A stretch of DNA of 64,000 nucleotides, taken from the IMG/VR virus record IMGVR_UViG_3300032245_001322, positions 1-64,000 of that record. One strand, given 5' to 3'. The translations under genes and the position numbers were made by a program. The stretch's first letter is position 1. Each line of letters opens with the position of its first letter. Below the pieces are notes generated by a model, which had not been told where the DNA came from, ran no database searches, and saw nothing but the letters and a program-made list of their open reading frames with translations. Positions 1 to 8,639 of the stretch are shown here, piece after piece. Origin of the DNA: a virus.

Positions 1-8
1 TGGCGTTG

Positions 9-82
9 TGGTCGGGGCAGGATTCGAACCTGCACGATGCCGAACTTAATCACATTACGCTAACCAATTACGCCACCCGACC
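9..82 (-). tRNA. tRNA-like gene with non-canonical anticodon arm (possible pseudo-tRNA or unusual tRNA)
   Basis: Minus-strand read has a perfect 7-bp acceptor stem GGTCGGG/CCCGACC and a T-arm GCAGG-TTCGAAT-CCTGC. Only a 4-bp anticodon stem with an 11-nt loop can be drawn. GCGTAAT occurs twice as a direct repeat. Confidence 0.55.
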
Positions 83-101
83 TTTTTTTTTATCTCTTGG
101 G

Positions 102-344
102 TTATTTGTTACCTCCGTATGTTAAAATTTCTTGCTTAACTTCTTGCCAATATTGCAAATATGATGATGTCTCCACGAATGTATCTTCATCAATTAACAT
201 ATCTGTTTTTATTATTTCATCAACACAAATCAATGCACATTGTTTTGCGAATTCCAACGGAACAGGTATATATTCTTCCATTGTTCCAAATGATGCCGTT
301 AAATATTTATCAATTAATTCTTCTGCTTTTTCATTTGCTTTCAT
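102..344 (-). CDS. hypothetical small protein, paralog family A
   Basis: ATG at 344 preceded by GGAGGGAACAA. Shares KQCAL-C--EI and Y--EVK-EIL-Y motifs with the 6338..6595 product. Confidence 0.6.
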   Translation of the reverse strand: MKANEKAEELIDKYLTASFGTMEEYIPVPLEFAKQCALICVDEIIKTDMLIDEDTFVETSSYLQYWQEVKQEILTYGGNK

Positions 345-356
345 TTGTTCCCTCCG

Positions 357-521
357 TTAATTTAAAATTCCTTCTATTTTTAGTTTTTGCTCTATGCAAT
401 TAACTAATTCCTTAAATCCAAGTATTTTGATTAAACTAGAAAATTCGTACCCAACAATCAGTGGGGTAATTTCTTTTAGGTTAATCTTTGTGTGAATATC
501 TAAGGTTTTATACCAGTTCAT
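357..521 (-). CDS. hypothetical 54-aa protein
   Basis: ATG with GGAGAAATAACAA Shine-Dalgarno-like leader. Below the 60-aa cutoff of the ORF track. Confidence 0.35.
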   Translation of the reverse strand: MNWYKTLDIHTKINLKEITPLIVGYEFSSLIKILGFKELVNCIEQKLKIEGILN

Positions 522-774
522 TTGTTATTTCTCCGTTGTTGATTTCTGAATTTTCTTCAATATGTCTTACATATTTAAACAAATCAGAAGTGCCTTCAAA
601 ACCACCACCACTTTCATTTTTTAGTGATACATGAATAACACAATCTATAGGTCTAATAGTTGGGCTATTAAGAATAACTTCAAATTTTTCAACCTTGTAA
701 ATACCTAATACTCCACAAAATTCAACTTCAATAGTATCTCCAATACTAATGACTGATTTAATTGTTTTTTCCAT
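508..774 (-). CDS. hypothetical protein
   Basis: ORF in the co-directional minus operon, ATG start. Confidence 0.5.
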   Translation of the reverse strand: MEKTIKSVISIGDTIEVEFCGVLGIYKVEKFEVILNSPTIRPIDCVIHVSLKNESGGGFEGTSDLFKYVRHIEENSEINNGEITNELV

Positions 775-899
775 AATGCTATTTTTATTTTTTTATTTTT
801 TGTCTATTTGATTTTTTATTAAAATTATACTTATAGAAATAAGTAATCCTAAAATTATACCCGAAATAATTGTAAATGCGATTAATATTTGATTGTTAT

Positions 900-1178
900 T
901 CATTTGTTAACTCCTTTAGAATTTAGTTTTTTCAGTTTTTGAATAACATCTTCAAGTTCATCTTCATTGCACACCCCAAATTTATTTCCACACGTTGTGT
1001 AAATCCATTCTCCTTCTTTAACAACATAGTCTTCATTATGTGTAAGCGATGGGAAAATAATAAACTCCATTTTGCCGTCAACTCGCCTAATTTTGAATGC
1101 TATTGTCCTTATAAATTCAATAACTTCCTCGATTTTTTCTTGCGAATATTGTATCGCTTGTAATCTTTTAGTTTTCAT
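900..1178 (-). CDS. hypothetical protein
   Basis: ATG preceded by AGGAGGTAACAA; overlaps neighbouring genes by a few nt. Confidence 0.55.
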   Translation of the reverse strand: MKTKRLQAIQYSQEKIEEVIEFIRTIAFKIRRVDGKMEFIIFPSLTHNEDYVVKEGEWIYTTCGNKFGVCNEDELEDVIQKLKKLNSKGVNK

Positions 1179-1500
1179 TTGTTACCTCCTGTATTTTATT
1201 AAGCATCCATTTTGCTCCCTCAATAAAGTTTTCTCTAAAAAGTTTTCCTAAATCACAATAAATTTCTTCATATTCATTGTCATTTGGATATATTTTTTCG
1301 GCTTCTTCATCTATTAATTGAAAACTAATAACTTCTTTATTTTCTTTATCCGATATATCATTATCGCTTAGTAGTTCAATAAATTTTAATTTTCCCAAAA
1401 CCTCATGCTCATCGTAGGTTAATGGCGTTGCCCATATATTTTGACTAGTTCTTGCAATTCTTATGGCTTTTTTTACTTCTTCCTCTGTAAATAGTTTCAT
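1168..1500 (-). CDS. hypothetical protein
   Basis: ORF in minus operon; ATG start. Confidence 0.55.
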   Translation of the reverse strand: MKLFTEEEVKKAIRIARTSQNIWATPLTYDEHEVLGKLKFIELLSDNDISDKENKEVISFQLIDEEAEKIYPNDNEYEEIYCDLGKLFRENFIEGAKWMLNKIQEVTNEN

Positions 1501-1895
1501 TTCTCTTCTTTTATTGTTAATTCTTCTTCAGACAACACAAAATAAAAATTTTGAATTTGATGAACGTATTTAAAAATTATTTTAACACCTATCACGATTG
1601 CAAAAAAGTTGTCATCTATATCTTTATTGATAATTAAACAATGTTCATAATCATCTTCGATAATTTGACCAAACACTTTTGCAAAAGTTGGTATATCTGA
1701 TTCTTGTTCTTTAAACCCAAACTTCAACAACCATTCTTCAGTTAGTGTAATTGGGTCAACCAAATCATAAGGGACACATTCCTCATTCATAGTGTTTATG
1801 CAATCGCACAATACATCAATTATTTGTTCGGGCTCTTTTTCATTTCCCAATTGAACCCAATTGTTGATTCTTAAATCTCTTGCCGAAATATTCAT
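1497..1895 (-). CDS. hypothetical protein
   Basis: ORF with ATGA stop/start overlap with the downstream gene. Confidence 0.55.
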   Translation of the reverse strand: MNISARDLRINNWVQLGNEKEPEQIIDVLCDCINTMNEECVPYDLVDPITLTEEWLLKFGFKEQESDIPTFAKVFGQIIEDDYEHCLIINKDIDDNFFAIVIGVKIIFKYVHQIQNFYFVLSEEELTIKEEK

Positions 1896-1929
1896 ATTAC
1901 TTTATCAATTAAGCAGTTTTTTAATTTAG

Positions 1930-2000
1930 TGGCGAATCCAAGAATCGAACTTGGTATTATAGGTTATGAGCCTATCGTGTTACCTTTACACTAATTCGCA
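1930..2000 (-). tRNA. tRNA-Met (anticodon CAT); could also be Ile2 (lysidine) type
   Basis: Minus-strand cloverleaf: acceptor 6/7 bp (U1:C72 mismatch), D-stem GTGT/ACAC, anticodon stem ATAGG/CCTAT with loop CTCATAA (U33, CAT, A37), T-arm CCAAG-TTCGATT-CTTGG. No encoded CCA. Confidence 0.8.
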
Positions 2001-2067
2001 GTGTAGAGGGGTAAGTCAGCCCCTCTTTTTCTAAGTTTGCCCATTAGAAGATTAACGACTTGTTGTA

Positions 2068-2097
2068 CAAATATAATATTATTTTATAAAATAACAA
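2068..2097 (-). promoter_or_regulatory. conserved phage promoter cassette (Bacteroidota-type -33/-7)
   Basis: Minus-strand read TTGTTATTTTATAAAATAATATTATATTTG; precedes tRNA-Met and the minus operon. Confidence 0.6.
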
Positions 2098-2289
2098 ATA
2101 AAAATAAAAAAACCTCAAAAAATTAATTCTTGAGGTTTTGAAATTGAGAGGTGTGAGCGATAAAAACTGCTTAATGAATTCTATTTAGTGAATCAAATAT
2201 TGTAGCCCCCTTAATTAAACATAGCACATACACCTTCCAAATGCACTTTGAATAATTCCGAGTTGAAAGAACGTGTTGCAAATATACAA

Positions 2290-2916
2290 CTAAGAAATAA
2301 TAGTGTAGTCAATTATTTCTCCGTTTGTAAATAATTTTTGAATGTCGAACCAAATAGCATCTTTTGTAACGTGACACCCTGCACTCCAATTATCAATAAA
2401 AGAACCTAACCCACCCCTATGAAAGTTAATGCCATATAGACCATTAGTAATAGTGTGCTTATCTAATACCGAATCCTTATTACCATCTCTATATATCTTT
2501 AGGTTTTTAATTTGTCTAAAGAAAGGTGCACCTAACCATAGTGACTTCCAATTAGCACTTGTATTAAATTGATGTGAACCTAATACTTGTTGTGGTGATA
2601 CTGTTACTGCCGTTCCTGTAATACCACCCGTAGTGATAGGGTTTTGAATATAGTATTTTCCTGCCGTTGTAGAACAAGGGAATACCTTTGTAACTATACT
2701 ATCTAAAATTAATACTCCGAAGTCATCAAAAGTATTGGTTAACTTTTCATCGGTTCTAATCCATACTATTCCTTTTTTAGGGAACTTAAAATTGTTCTCT
2801 GTGATTCTTTTTGAAATGTAGATTTGCAATGCCGACAATGTTTGGTTTCCGATAATACCATCTACCTTTATTTCGGAATGTCCTCTCTCTTTTAAATATT
2901 GTTGTAGTTTTTCCAT
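2290..2916 (-). CDS. putative endolysin: N-terminal peptidoglycan-binding domain plus C-terminal YkuD-like (L,D-transpeptidase fold) His/Cys domain
   Basis: N-terminus LQQYLKERGHSEIKVDGIIGNQTLSAL resembles PG_binding_1. C-terminus HRGGLGSFIDNWSAGCHV fits the YkuD signature (His, then ~14 residues, then S-x-G-C). Adjacent to holin-like gene. Confidence 0.5.
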   Translation of the reverse strand: MEKLQQYLKERGHSEIKVDGIIGNQTLSALQIYISKRITENNFKFPKKGIVWIRTDEKLTNTFDDFGVLILDSIVTKVFPCSTTAGKYYIQNPITTGGITGTAVTVSPQQVLGSHQFNTSANWKSLWLGAPFFRQIKNLKIYRDGNKDSVLDKHTITNGLYGINFHRGGLGSFIDNWSAGCHVTKDAIWFDIQKLFTNGEIIDYTIIS

Positions 2917-2926
2917 AATTCAAAGA

Positions 2927-2956
2927 TAAAAAAAAAGGTAGCCAATTACGGCTACC
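2927..2956 (-). terminator. rho-independent terminator inside the lysis cassette
   Basis: Minus read: GGTAGCCGTAATTGGCTACC followed by T9. Confidence 0.6.
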
Positions 2957-2981
2957 CTTTGACACTTAATTAGAAAATTCT

Positions 2982-3167
2982 TTAAATTATATCCCCATCA
3001 ATTTTTTTCATTGCTTTCATTACAAGGTAAAAATAGAGTATGAATAAAAATGGTGATACAATAAAACAAACCCATGGATTGATGTAATTAAATAACATCA
3101 AACTAATTTGTATTATCAATATCAAAAGTAATACAAAGAAAACTGTATAAATAATTGCTTTTATCAT
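2982..3167 (-). CDS. holin-like 61-aa two-TM protein
   Basis: Start trimmed to the ATG at 3167 that overlaps the upstream TGA (ATGA). Two hydrophobic helices. Sits between lipoprotein and lysin. Confidence 0.5.
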   Translation of the reverse strand: MIKAIIYTVFFVLLLILIIQISLMLFNYINPWVCFIVSPFLFILYFYLVMKAMKKIDGDII

Positions 3168-3952
3168 TTTAGGTCTTTTATGAAGAATGGTGCACTTCCA
3201 TAAATTGGTGTGTGACCATCCCACTTTTTAATAAATTCTTGTTGCAATAGTTGTGGGGTAATTCCACTTGAAATAATTTTATTTTCCAAGGCTTGTAATT
3301 CTGCAAGTTCATTTCTCTTTTTTTGCTCAATAATTTGTTGGTCAATTACGGATACGTTTGTGTTAACTTCATTTCTTGAATCAATTTTTGCCTTAACCTT
3401 TGCACTAAAATCTAATTGACAACTGAATGTTAAAAGTTCTAAACCTTTTTTCTCAAATTCTAAAGAAACTAATTTTTGTACTTTCTCTTCAAATTTTAAA
3501 CTACCACCATTTGCCATTAATTCATCAGTTGTATATTTTCGACTTTCTTCTTTCATTAAATCATAAATCTTTGTTTCCAAAATATTATTTTCTAAAGACT
3601 TCATGAAGTCATCGCCACTACCTAAATGCTTATTATCAAATACAACATCAATTGCACGTCTTTCAATCACTTTGTAAGAGTAAATTGGTTTAGATGTAAA
3701 TTCAGTATTGTCGGACGCTTTTAAATGAAGAATTTTGTCTTCGTAGTCTGCTCTTTGTTCCCACAAAGGAACTTGAAATAATTCCATTCCTGCACCCCAA
3801 GTAGAAACACGACCCTTTTGTAAAGAAAAGTCACTTTTGCCACTTTTACCATAATTTTCCATTAATACACCAACATAATTAGGTGCTACACGCTCACAAG
3901 AGGTAGACAACAATATCATTGCCATTACTACCAAAATATTTATTTTTTTCAT
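3164..3952 (-). CDS. lipoprotein (signal peptide with lipobox LSTSC) with C-terminal coiled coil
   Basis: N-terminus MKKINILVVMAMILLSTSC. C-terminal heptad-like segment QQIIEQKKRNELAELQALENK. Confidence 0.55.
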   Translation of the reverse strand: MKKINILVVMAMILLSTSCERVAPNYVGVLMENYGKSGKSDFSLQKGRVSTWGAGMELFQVPLWEQRADYEDKILHLKASDNTEFTSKPIYSYKVIERRAIDVVFDNKHLGSGDDFMKSLENNILETKIYDLMKEESRKYTTDELMANGGSLKFEEKVQKLVSLEFEKKGLELLTFSCQLDFSAKVKAKIDSRNEVNTNVSVIDQQIIEQKKRNELAELQALENKIISSGITPQLLQQEFIKKWDGHTPIYGSAPFFIKDLK

Positions 3953-4317
3953 TTTTGTGTTTTTATTTTTACCATTTCAATTAATTCTTTTAACAATTGT
4001 AATTCACATTCTTCATGTGAAAATGTTTTTGGGCTTTTAACAATTTCTTCAATTTGAAATTCATCAGATTGTATTGTCCAATGGAATTCGCCATTTTCAT
4101 ATACTTCTATATATGAATGATAATCATATCTCTCTCTAAACCAATCAAATAATTGACAATAAAGTGGTGCATCTATGTATTGTTCAAATGATTGGGTTTT
4201 TTCATGTACAATCACATACCCATTATTGGCTTTATACCAATATAGTTCGCATTCTTCATTATATCCAATTTGCTTTAATTCTAAAACAATTTCACATGGT
4301 ACACAATATTTTTTCAT
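3949..4317 (-). CDS. hypothetical protein, paralog family B
   Basis: Shares QLFDWFRERYDYHSYIEV-like motif with 4314..4733 (QCFRWFRDKYKLYHKIDV). Confidence 0.55.
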   Translation of the reverse strand: MKKYCVPCEIVLELKQIGYNEECELYWYKANNGYVIVHEKTQSFEQYIDAPLYCQLFDWFRERYDYHSYIEVYENGEFHWTIQSDEFQIEEIVKSPKTFSHEECELQLLKELIEMVKIKTQK

Positions 4318-4733
4318 TTCCCGTTATTTGTTTTTACTATTACAATTGATTGTTTCAGACAAGCAAGTTCTGCTCCTTGGTATGACTTCAAATTTGCTTC
4401 TCTATGCAAGTCATTATTAAACTTACCTTTTTTTACTTCGAGAATTTCGTAATCGAATAAATCAAGTTCAATATCTTGTACATCTATTTTATGATACAAT
4501 TTATACTTATCTCTAAACCATCTAAAGCATTGGCTAAAAGTAGGAATAGAAATAGTAAATAAATTACTTTCATCTTTCCAATATTTTTGCCTATGTAATT
4601 TACTTGGAGAATTGGTTTCGCCCATCCATTTAGGTTTATCTTGGTCAACCCATTGAAACTTTACACAAGGTTCATCGAATCCAATATTAAACATTTCAAG
4701 GGCAATATCTTTTGATACAAATTCTTTTTCCAT
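4314..4733 (-). CDS. hypothetical protein, paralog family B
   Basis: Tandem paralog of 3949..4317. Confidence 0.55.
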   Translation of the reverse strand: MEKEFVSKDIALEMFNIGFDEPCVKFQWVDQDKPKWMGETNSPSKLHRQKYWKDESNLFTISIPTFSQCFRWFRDKYKLYHKIDVQDIELDLFDYEILEVKKGKFNNDLHREANLKSYQGAELACLKQSIVIVKTNNGK

Positions 4734-5767
4734 TATTTCATATTTGTTTTTAAAAACTCGGTCAATAAATCATAAACCTTATTTATATCTTCTATTTTTT
4801 CATCTTTGTAATAGAAATACTCTTTATCTACTTGAATTAAATCACCTATGTAAATAGTATTGGGTTTGTTTGCTTTCACATTATTTCCTATCACAATTGT
4901 ATTTTCTGCTGAATTAGTTCGACCAAATACCCCTATTTGAGCATCTAATTCCTCTCTTGTTTTAGCCTGTAATAATTCTTTTTGTTGTTGCTCTTGAATT
5001 CTTATTGCTTCGGCAAGTTCTTTGTCTTTTTGCTCTTGGAGTCTTTTTGCTTCTTCAATTAGTTTATTATTATATTCTTGAAGCCTTTTCGCTTCTGCAA
5101 GTTCCTTGTCTTTTGCGTCTTGGATTCTTTTTGCTTCTTGCCTTTGGTCTTCAAGTTGCTTTTGTAAACGTAAGTTTTCTAACCTTTGATTTTCAATACG
5201 AATTTTTTCTTCTTCAATTTTGGCTAATCTTTGACGCTCTTGTTCTTCTAATTCTGCTTTCTTTTTAAGAAACATATTTTTTGTAGTTTCAAGAATTGCA
5301 TTAAAAGTAAAATTATCCATTTCACCTAAGTTAAAATCATTTACATTAACCCCTTGTTCTAAATAAGGAGAAAGCAAATCAATTCTACTTGTAATCAATG
5401 ATGCTTTTCGTTCTGCTTCTTTTCTTTCGGCAAAAGTTTCTTGTTCTTTTAAATATTTTTCAGTAGGCTCGATTAATTCAGTAAGTTGTTTAGCAATTTT
5501 GTCAATCATTCGCCCCTCTTGTAAACTTGCATCTTTTAAACTTTTGCGAAGTCTTTCAATCTCAGTACGCTTTGAAGTTAAAAATTTACGCCCCTCTTTT
5601 GCTGAAGCCATAAGGTCTTTTTGATTCTCATCAGTAACTTGAATGGTTAATGATTTTTCTTTCCATTCATTTGCAACGCTTTCAAACTCTGCAAATTTGC
5701 TACTTAGTGAAAGTTGCTTTTCTTCGTCCAAGCCACTCTCTTTAATTAGGTCTTTAATATTTGTCAT
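4733..5767 (-). CDS. coiled-coil protein with internal KDKELAEA-R-QE repeats
   Basis: Long charged heptad region. Preceded by the conserved promoter at 5782..5811. Confidence 0.6.
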   Translation of the reverse strand: MTNIKDLIKESGLDEEKQLSLSSKFAEFESVANEWKEKSLTIQVTDENQKDLMASAKEGRKFLTSKRTEIERLRKSLKDASLQEGRMIDKIAKQLTELIEPTEKYLKEQETFAERKEAERKASLITSRIDLLSPYLEQGVNVNDFNLGEMDNFTFNAILETTKNMFLKKKAELEEQERQRLAKIEEEKIRIENQRLENLRLQKQLEDQRQEAKRIQDAKDKELAEAKRLQEYNNKLIEEAKRLQEQKDKELAEAIRIQEQQQKELLQAKTREELDAQIGVFGRTNSAENTIVIGNNVKANKPNTIYIGDLIQVDKEYFYYKDEKIEDINKVYDLLTEFLKTNMK

Positions 5768-5781
5768 AATAGAATTCGATG

Positions 5782-5811
5782 CAAATATAATATTATTTTA
5801 TAAAATAACAA
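5782..5811 (-). promoter_or_regulatory. conserved promoter cassette
   Basis: TTGTTATTTTATAAAATAATATTATATTTG on the minus strand. Confidence 0.6.
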
Positions 5812-5814
5812 TAA

Positions 5815-5848
5815 AAAATAAAAAAATAAAAAAGGGGCTTAAAGCCCC
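5815..5848 (-). terminator. rho-independent terminator
   Basis: Minus read: GGGGCTTTAAGCCCC then T-run. Confidence 0.6.
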
Positions 5849-6303
5849 ATGATGTTATTTCTTATTTCGTCCAAAGAAACTTTTTTTAGTTTTAAACTTT
5901 CTTCCCTAATCATTTTTTCGATTTCTTTGTTTTTTTCATATAATTGACTTATTGCTTTGAAGACACTCTCATTTATTGGGTCTTGTTTAAAATATTCTCC
6001 TTCTGAATATTTGCTTAATTGAACTCTTTTGCCATTTCTATCAATATAAATAAAAACTCCATGCTTAGTCATCCCAACAACTTCAAGAGTATCTTCATTA
6101 GAAAAATAAGTTCTTACTCGTTGAATTTTAAATGGCTTGAAGTTAAGATTTTCTTTTAAAAAATCATCAATGTATTTTTTAGTTGATGCATAACTTCTTT
6201 TGCTTTGTTGTCTATCGTATTCATTAGACGTAGTGTAAAAATCTTCATTTTCAGTGTCGAAAAAAATTTCCCAACCTCTGTATTCTTCTATTAGTACTCT
6301 CAT
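5839..6303 (-). CDS. hypothetical protein
   Basis: ORF followed on the minus strand by terminator hairpin GGGGCTTAAAGCCCC. Confidence 0.55.
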   Translation of the reverse strand: MRVLIEEYRGWEIFFDTENEDFYTTSNEYDRQQSKRSYASTKKYIDDFLKENLNFKPFKIQRVRTYFSNEDTLEVVGMTKHGVFIYIDRNGKRVQLSKYSEGEYFKQDPINESVFKAISQLYEKNKEIEKMIREESLKLKKVSLDEIRNNIMGL

Positions 6304-6337
6304 TTTTTATCTTATATTTTTTTACTTTGTTTTTTTA

Positions 6338-6595
6338 TTATTGATAGTTTAATATTTCTTCTTTCACTTCTTCGTAATATTTAATTGTAATATGTGCAGA
6401 ATAATGGTCTTTGCCTTCTGTTAAAGTCCCAAAATTTTCAAGAATCTCATTAATGCATCTTAATGCACATTGTTTGCTTAAATAAATATCATCAATACTT
6501 GTTTTTTCGGGGTATCCATCATGAAAGGTAGTGGATTCCATATCTCCAAAATCTTTAATTAATTGCTTTGCCTTTTCTTTTGGTGTAAGTTTCAT
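6338..6595 (-). CDS. hypothetical small protein, paralog family A
   Basis: Homologous motifs with the 102..344 product. Confidence 0.55.
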   Translation of the reverse strand: MKLTPKEKAKQLIKDFGDMESTTFHDGYPEKTSIDDIYLSKQCALRCINEILENFGTLTEGKDHYSAHITIKYYEEVKEEILNYQ

Positions 6596-6607
6596 AATTC
6601 ATTTTAA

Positions 6608-6868
6608 TTAATAAAGTAAAAATTTATCAAACCCATCTTTTATACTTATTTGCTCGAAGCAAATTTGAGAACGGAAAATATATTTTTGAATTTGATTCAA
6701 TTCATCATAATCTCCACCAAGTAATTCGGCTACTTTCTTTGCCAAATTTGTTGAAATCATTAATCTACCCGTGTGAGAAGTTTCTATTTTTTCATATATT
6801 TTTTCTCTAAGAAATTTTAACTTTTCATCATCGGTCATTAAAAAAAGTTTATTGTGTTTTTTCTTCAT
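6608..6868 (-). CDS. hypothetical protein
   Basis: ORF; ATGA overlap with the upstream gene. Confidence 0.5.
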   Translation of the reverse strand: MKKKHNKLFLMTDDEKLKFLREKIYEKIETSHTGRLMISTNLAKKVAELLGGDYDELNQIQKYIFRSQICFEQISIKDGFDKFLLY

Positions 6869-7254
6869 GATTTTTTAAATAATCTTTTATACCAAGGCAA
6901 TTGCATCCATGTTAAAATTTTAGATTTAGCATAATTTAATTCTTGCTCCGTGTCTGATAATTTTTCTTGCAAAATATATATTTGACCTTGTAAATTGTTT
7001 ATTTCGTATGACATTTGTCTTGCAATTGTATTCCCATCACACCCTAAAATAAAACTTATGTGCTCACCTACATCATATCTTGCTGAATGTTGACTTTTTG
7101 CATCATAAACTAAATCGCTAAACCAATTTTTTCTAACTATTATCCCCAATGTTCTACTTTTAATTAGTTCCCTTGAAGCCTTTAATTCTTGCTCCATTTT
7201 ATCAAATTCATCTTTTGATAAAATTATTTTTCTGTCTTTCATATTTATGTTCAT
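6865..7254 (-). CDS. hypothetical protein
   Basis: ORF; TAATG overlap with the upstream gene. Confidence 0.5.
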   Translation of the reverse strand: MNINMKDRKIILSKDEFDKMEQELKASRELIKSRTLGIIVRKNWFSDLVYDAKSQHSARYDVGEHISFILGCDGNTIARQMSYEINNLQGQIYILQEKLSDTEQELNYAKSKILTWMQLPWYKRLFKKS

Positions 7255-7718
7255 TAATAAATTTCTATTTCATAAATGCTATATTCTGTACCATCTTCAT
7301 CAAACATACTCGGAGTTTCATTTAAAGCCCAAAATTTTAGTTCGGGATTTCTTTCCCTTAAAATTAGCAATTGCTCATAAAACACATCTTCCGACCTCAT
7401 TGTCAAAATAATATTTTCTAATCCAACCACATCTAATTCAAAAAACAAATCAATAAGCATATTTATTTTGTCTTTATATACTCCTGTTGTCCCCACTATT
7501 AATGTTTTAGGTCTTAAAAATTGAAGAGAAACTAATCTTCTCGGTTTTTCATATAATTCATCAAGAACCCAATTTCTTGCTCCGTGAAAATTAAATGATT
7601 TAATCAAATAGTTTTCTGTATCGTGTAATCCTCTACCTCCCTCTAAAACACAAAAAGGAGCAAAATCATAAAGTGGGATAAGTTTTGTCGTTTCCATAGA
7701 TTGTATTTTTTGTTTCAT
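7254..7718 (-). CDS. hypothetical protein
   Basis: Track start 7739 is TTG; first ATG at 7718, downstream of the promoter at 7736..7768. Confidence 0.5.
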   Translation of the reverse strand: MKQKIQSMETTKLIPLYDFAPFCVLEGGRGLHDTENYLIKSFNFHGARNWVLDELYEKPRRLVSLQFLRPKTLIVGTTGVYKDKINMLIDLFFELDVVGLENIILTMRSEDVFYEQLLILRERNPELKFWALNETPSMFDEDGTEYSIYEIEIY

Positions 7719-7735
7719 TTTTGCAATTATTCCAT

Positions 7736-7768
7736 GCAAATATAATATTATTTTGAAAAATAAAAACT
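7736..7768 (-). promoter_or_regulatory. conserved promoter cassette (variant -33)
   Basis: TTTTTATTTTTCAAAATAATATTATATTTG on the minus strand. Confidence 0.5.
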
Positions 7769-7805
7769 TTTTTTAAAATATTTTTATTATGTTTGCAATA
7801 CAATT

Positions 7806-8150
7806 ATGGAAAGCACCTATGTAATAAGAAGAGTTAGTACACATGAAGGGCAAGTGTATCAACTTTACGACTTTGACAAAAGACAAGTTGTAGCCCAAGG
7901 TAGTGAACTTGCTTTGGTAAAAATTAGCGAGGACGATGGATACATACATGGTGGTACATTTATTCAAGGGTATAGATGTATGTCGCCAAAAGAATTAGGC
8001 AAGTTAGCAAACGATTTAATTAAAGTAAGACCAAAAATAAAAAGAAGTTTATGTAGCGACCCTTGTGGATTATGTTCTTACCATGGTTGTGCAGGGCATG
8101 AGGAGTTAGATAGAATAAACAATAAAATCATATTAGAATGGACGAAATAA
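7806..8150 (+). CDS. hypothetical protein with Cys/His-rich C-terminus
   Basis: ATG 20 nt after TATGTTTG. C-terminus CSDPCGLCSYHGCAGH. Confidence 0.5.
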   Translation: MESTYVIRRVSTHEGQVYQLYDFDKRQVVAQGSELALVKISEDDGYIHGGTFIQGYRCMSPKELGKLANDLIKVRPKIKRSLCSDPCGLCSYHGCAGHEELDRINNKIILEWTK

Positions 8151-8303
8151 AAGAATTAGTTCAATTTCACATCGAAGATGCGACTTTGAAAGAAGAGTTC
8201 GACAATGAACCAACAATCGACAAAGAAAAATTATTGAATGCCTTGGCGATAATGATTGATAGAAGAGAAAAGGCAATTTTTAGAAAATATAAAATTAATA
8301 AAA

Positions 8304-8639
8304 ATGATGATTGATACTATTTATGCATTATTGGGAGTTTTTTTAGCAGGGAATGTTTTACAAGCAGTATTTCGAGTTGATGCTAAACGTGAAGAAGGAA
8401 TATTCTTCAAACCTCACGACCTTGACTATTTAGATTTTAGACATAGTGTTTATGTGACTTTGTTTTGGGCTTCTATCATTACAAGCAGTTTGTATTACTA
8501 TTATCACCCGTTGCCATATTACCTTAATTTTAAAGCCAAGTATTCAACTTTTGCATATCATACAATTGTGATAATGTTTAGTATGTATGTTGGGGCTTCA
8601 TTCAATTACTACTTCTACAAAATATTTTTTAGAGATTAA
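8304..8639 (+). CDS. multi-pass membrane protein
   Basis: Track start 8256 is TTG; ATG at 8304. Three hydrophobic segments, Tyr-rich. Confidence 0.45.
   Translation: MMIDTIYALLGVFLAGNVLQAVFRVDAKREEGIFFKPHDLDYLDFRHSVYVTLFWASIITSSLYYYYHPLPYYLNFKAKYSTFAYHTIVIMFSMYVGASFNYYFYKIFFRD

Noticed and set aside
97-403. Plus-strand ORFs 97..360 and 161..403 overlapping the minus gene 102..344
   Set aside because: Shadow ORFs antisense to a gene with a proper ATG and Shine-Dalgarno; low-complexity translation.
939-1163. Plus ORF antisense to 900..1178
   Set aside because: Lies fully inside a co-directional minus operon gene; no start context.
1-2100. Two tRNAs at the window start as evidence of a prophage boundary or att site
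   Set aside because: No integrase or recombinase gene is visible in the window; tRNA-Met is driven by the virus-type promoter, so the tRNAs look virus-encoded.
4164-4420. Plus ORFs 4164..4349 and 4175..4420
   Set aside because: Antisense to the paralog family B genes.
5005-5852. Plus ORFs 5005..5268 and 5643..5852
   Set aside because: Antisense to the coiled-coil gene and the promoter/terminator region; translation is Leu/Phe-rich low complexity from an AT-rich antisense strand.
7773-7967. Minus ORF 7773..7967
   Set aside because: Overlaps the divergent promoter and the plus gene 7806..8150.
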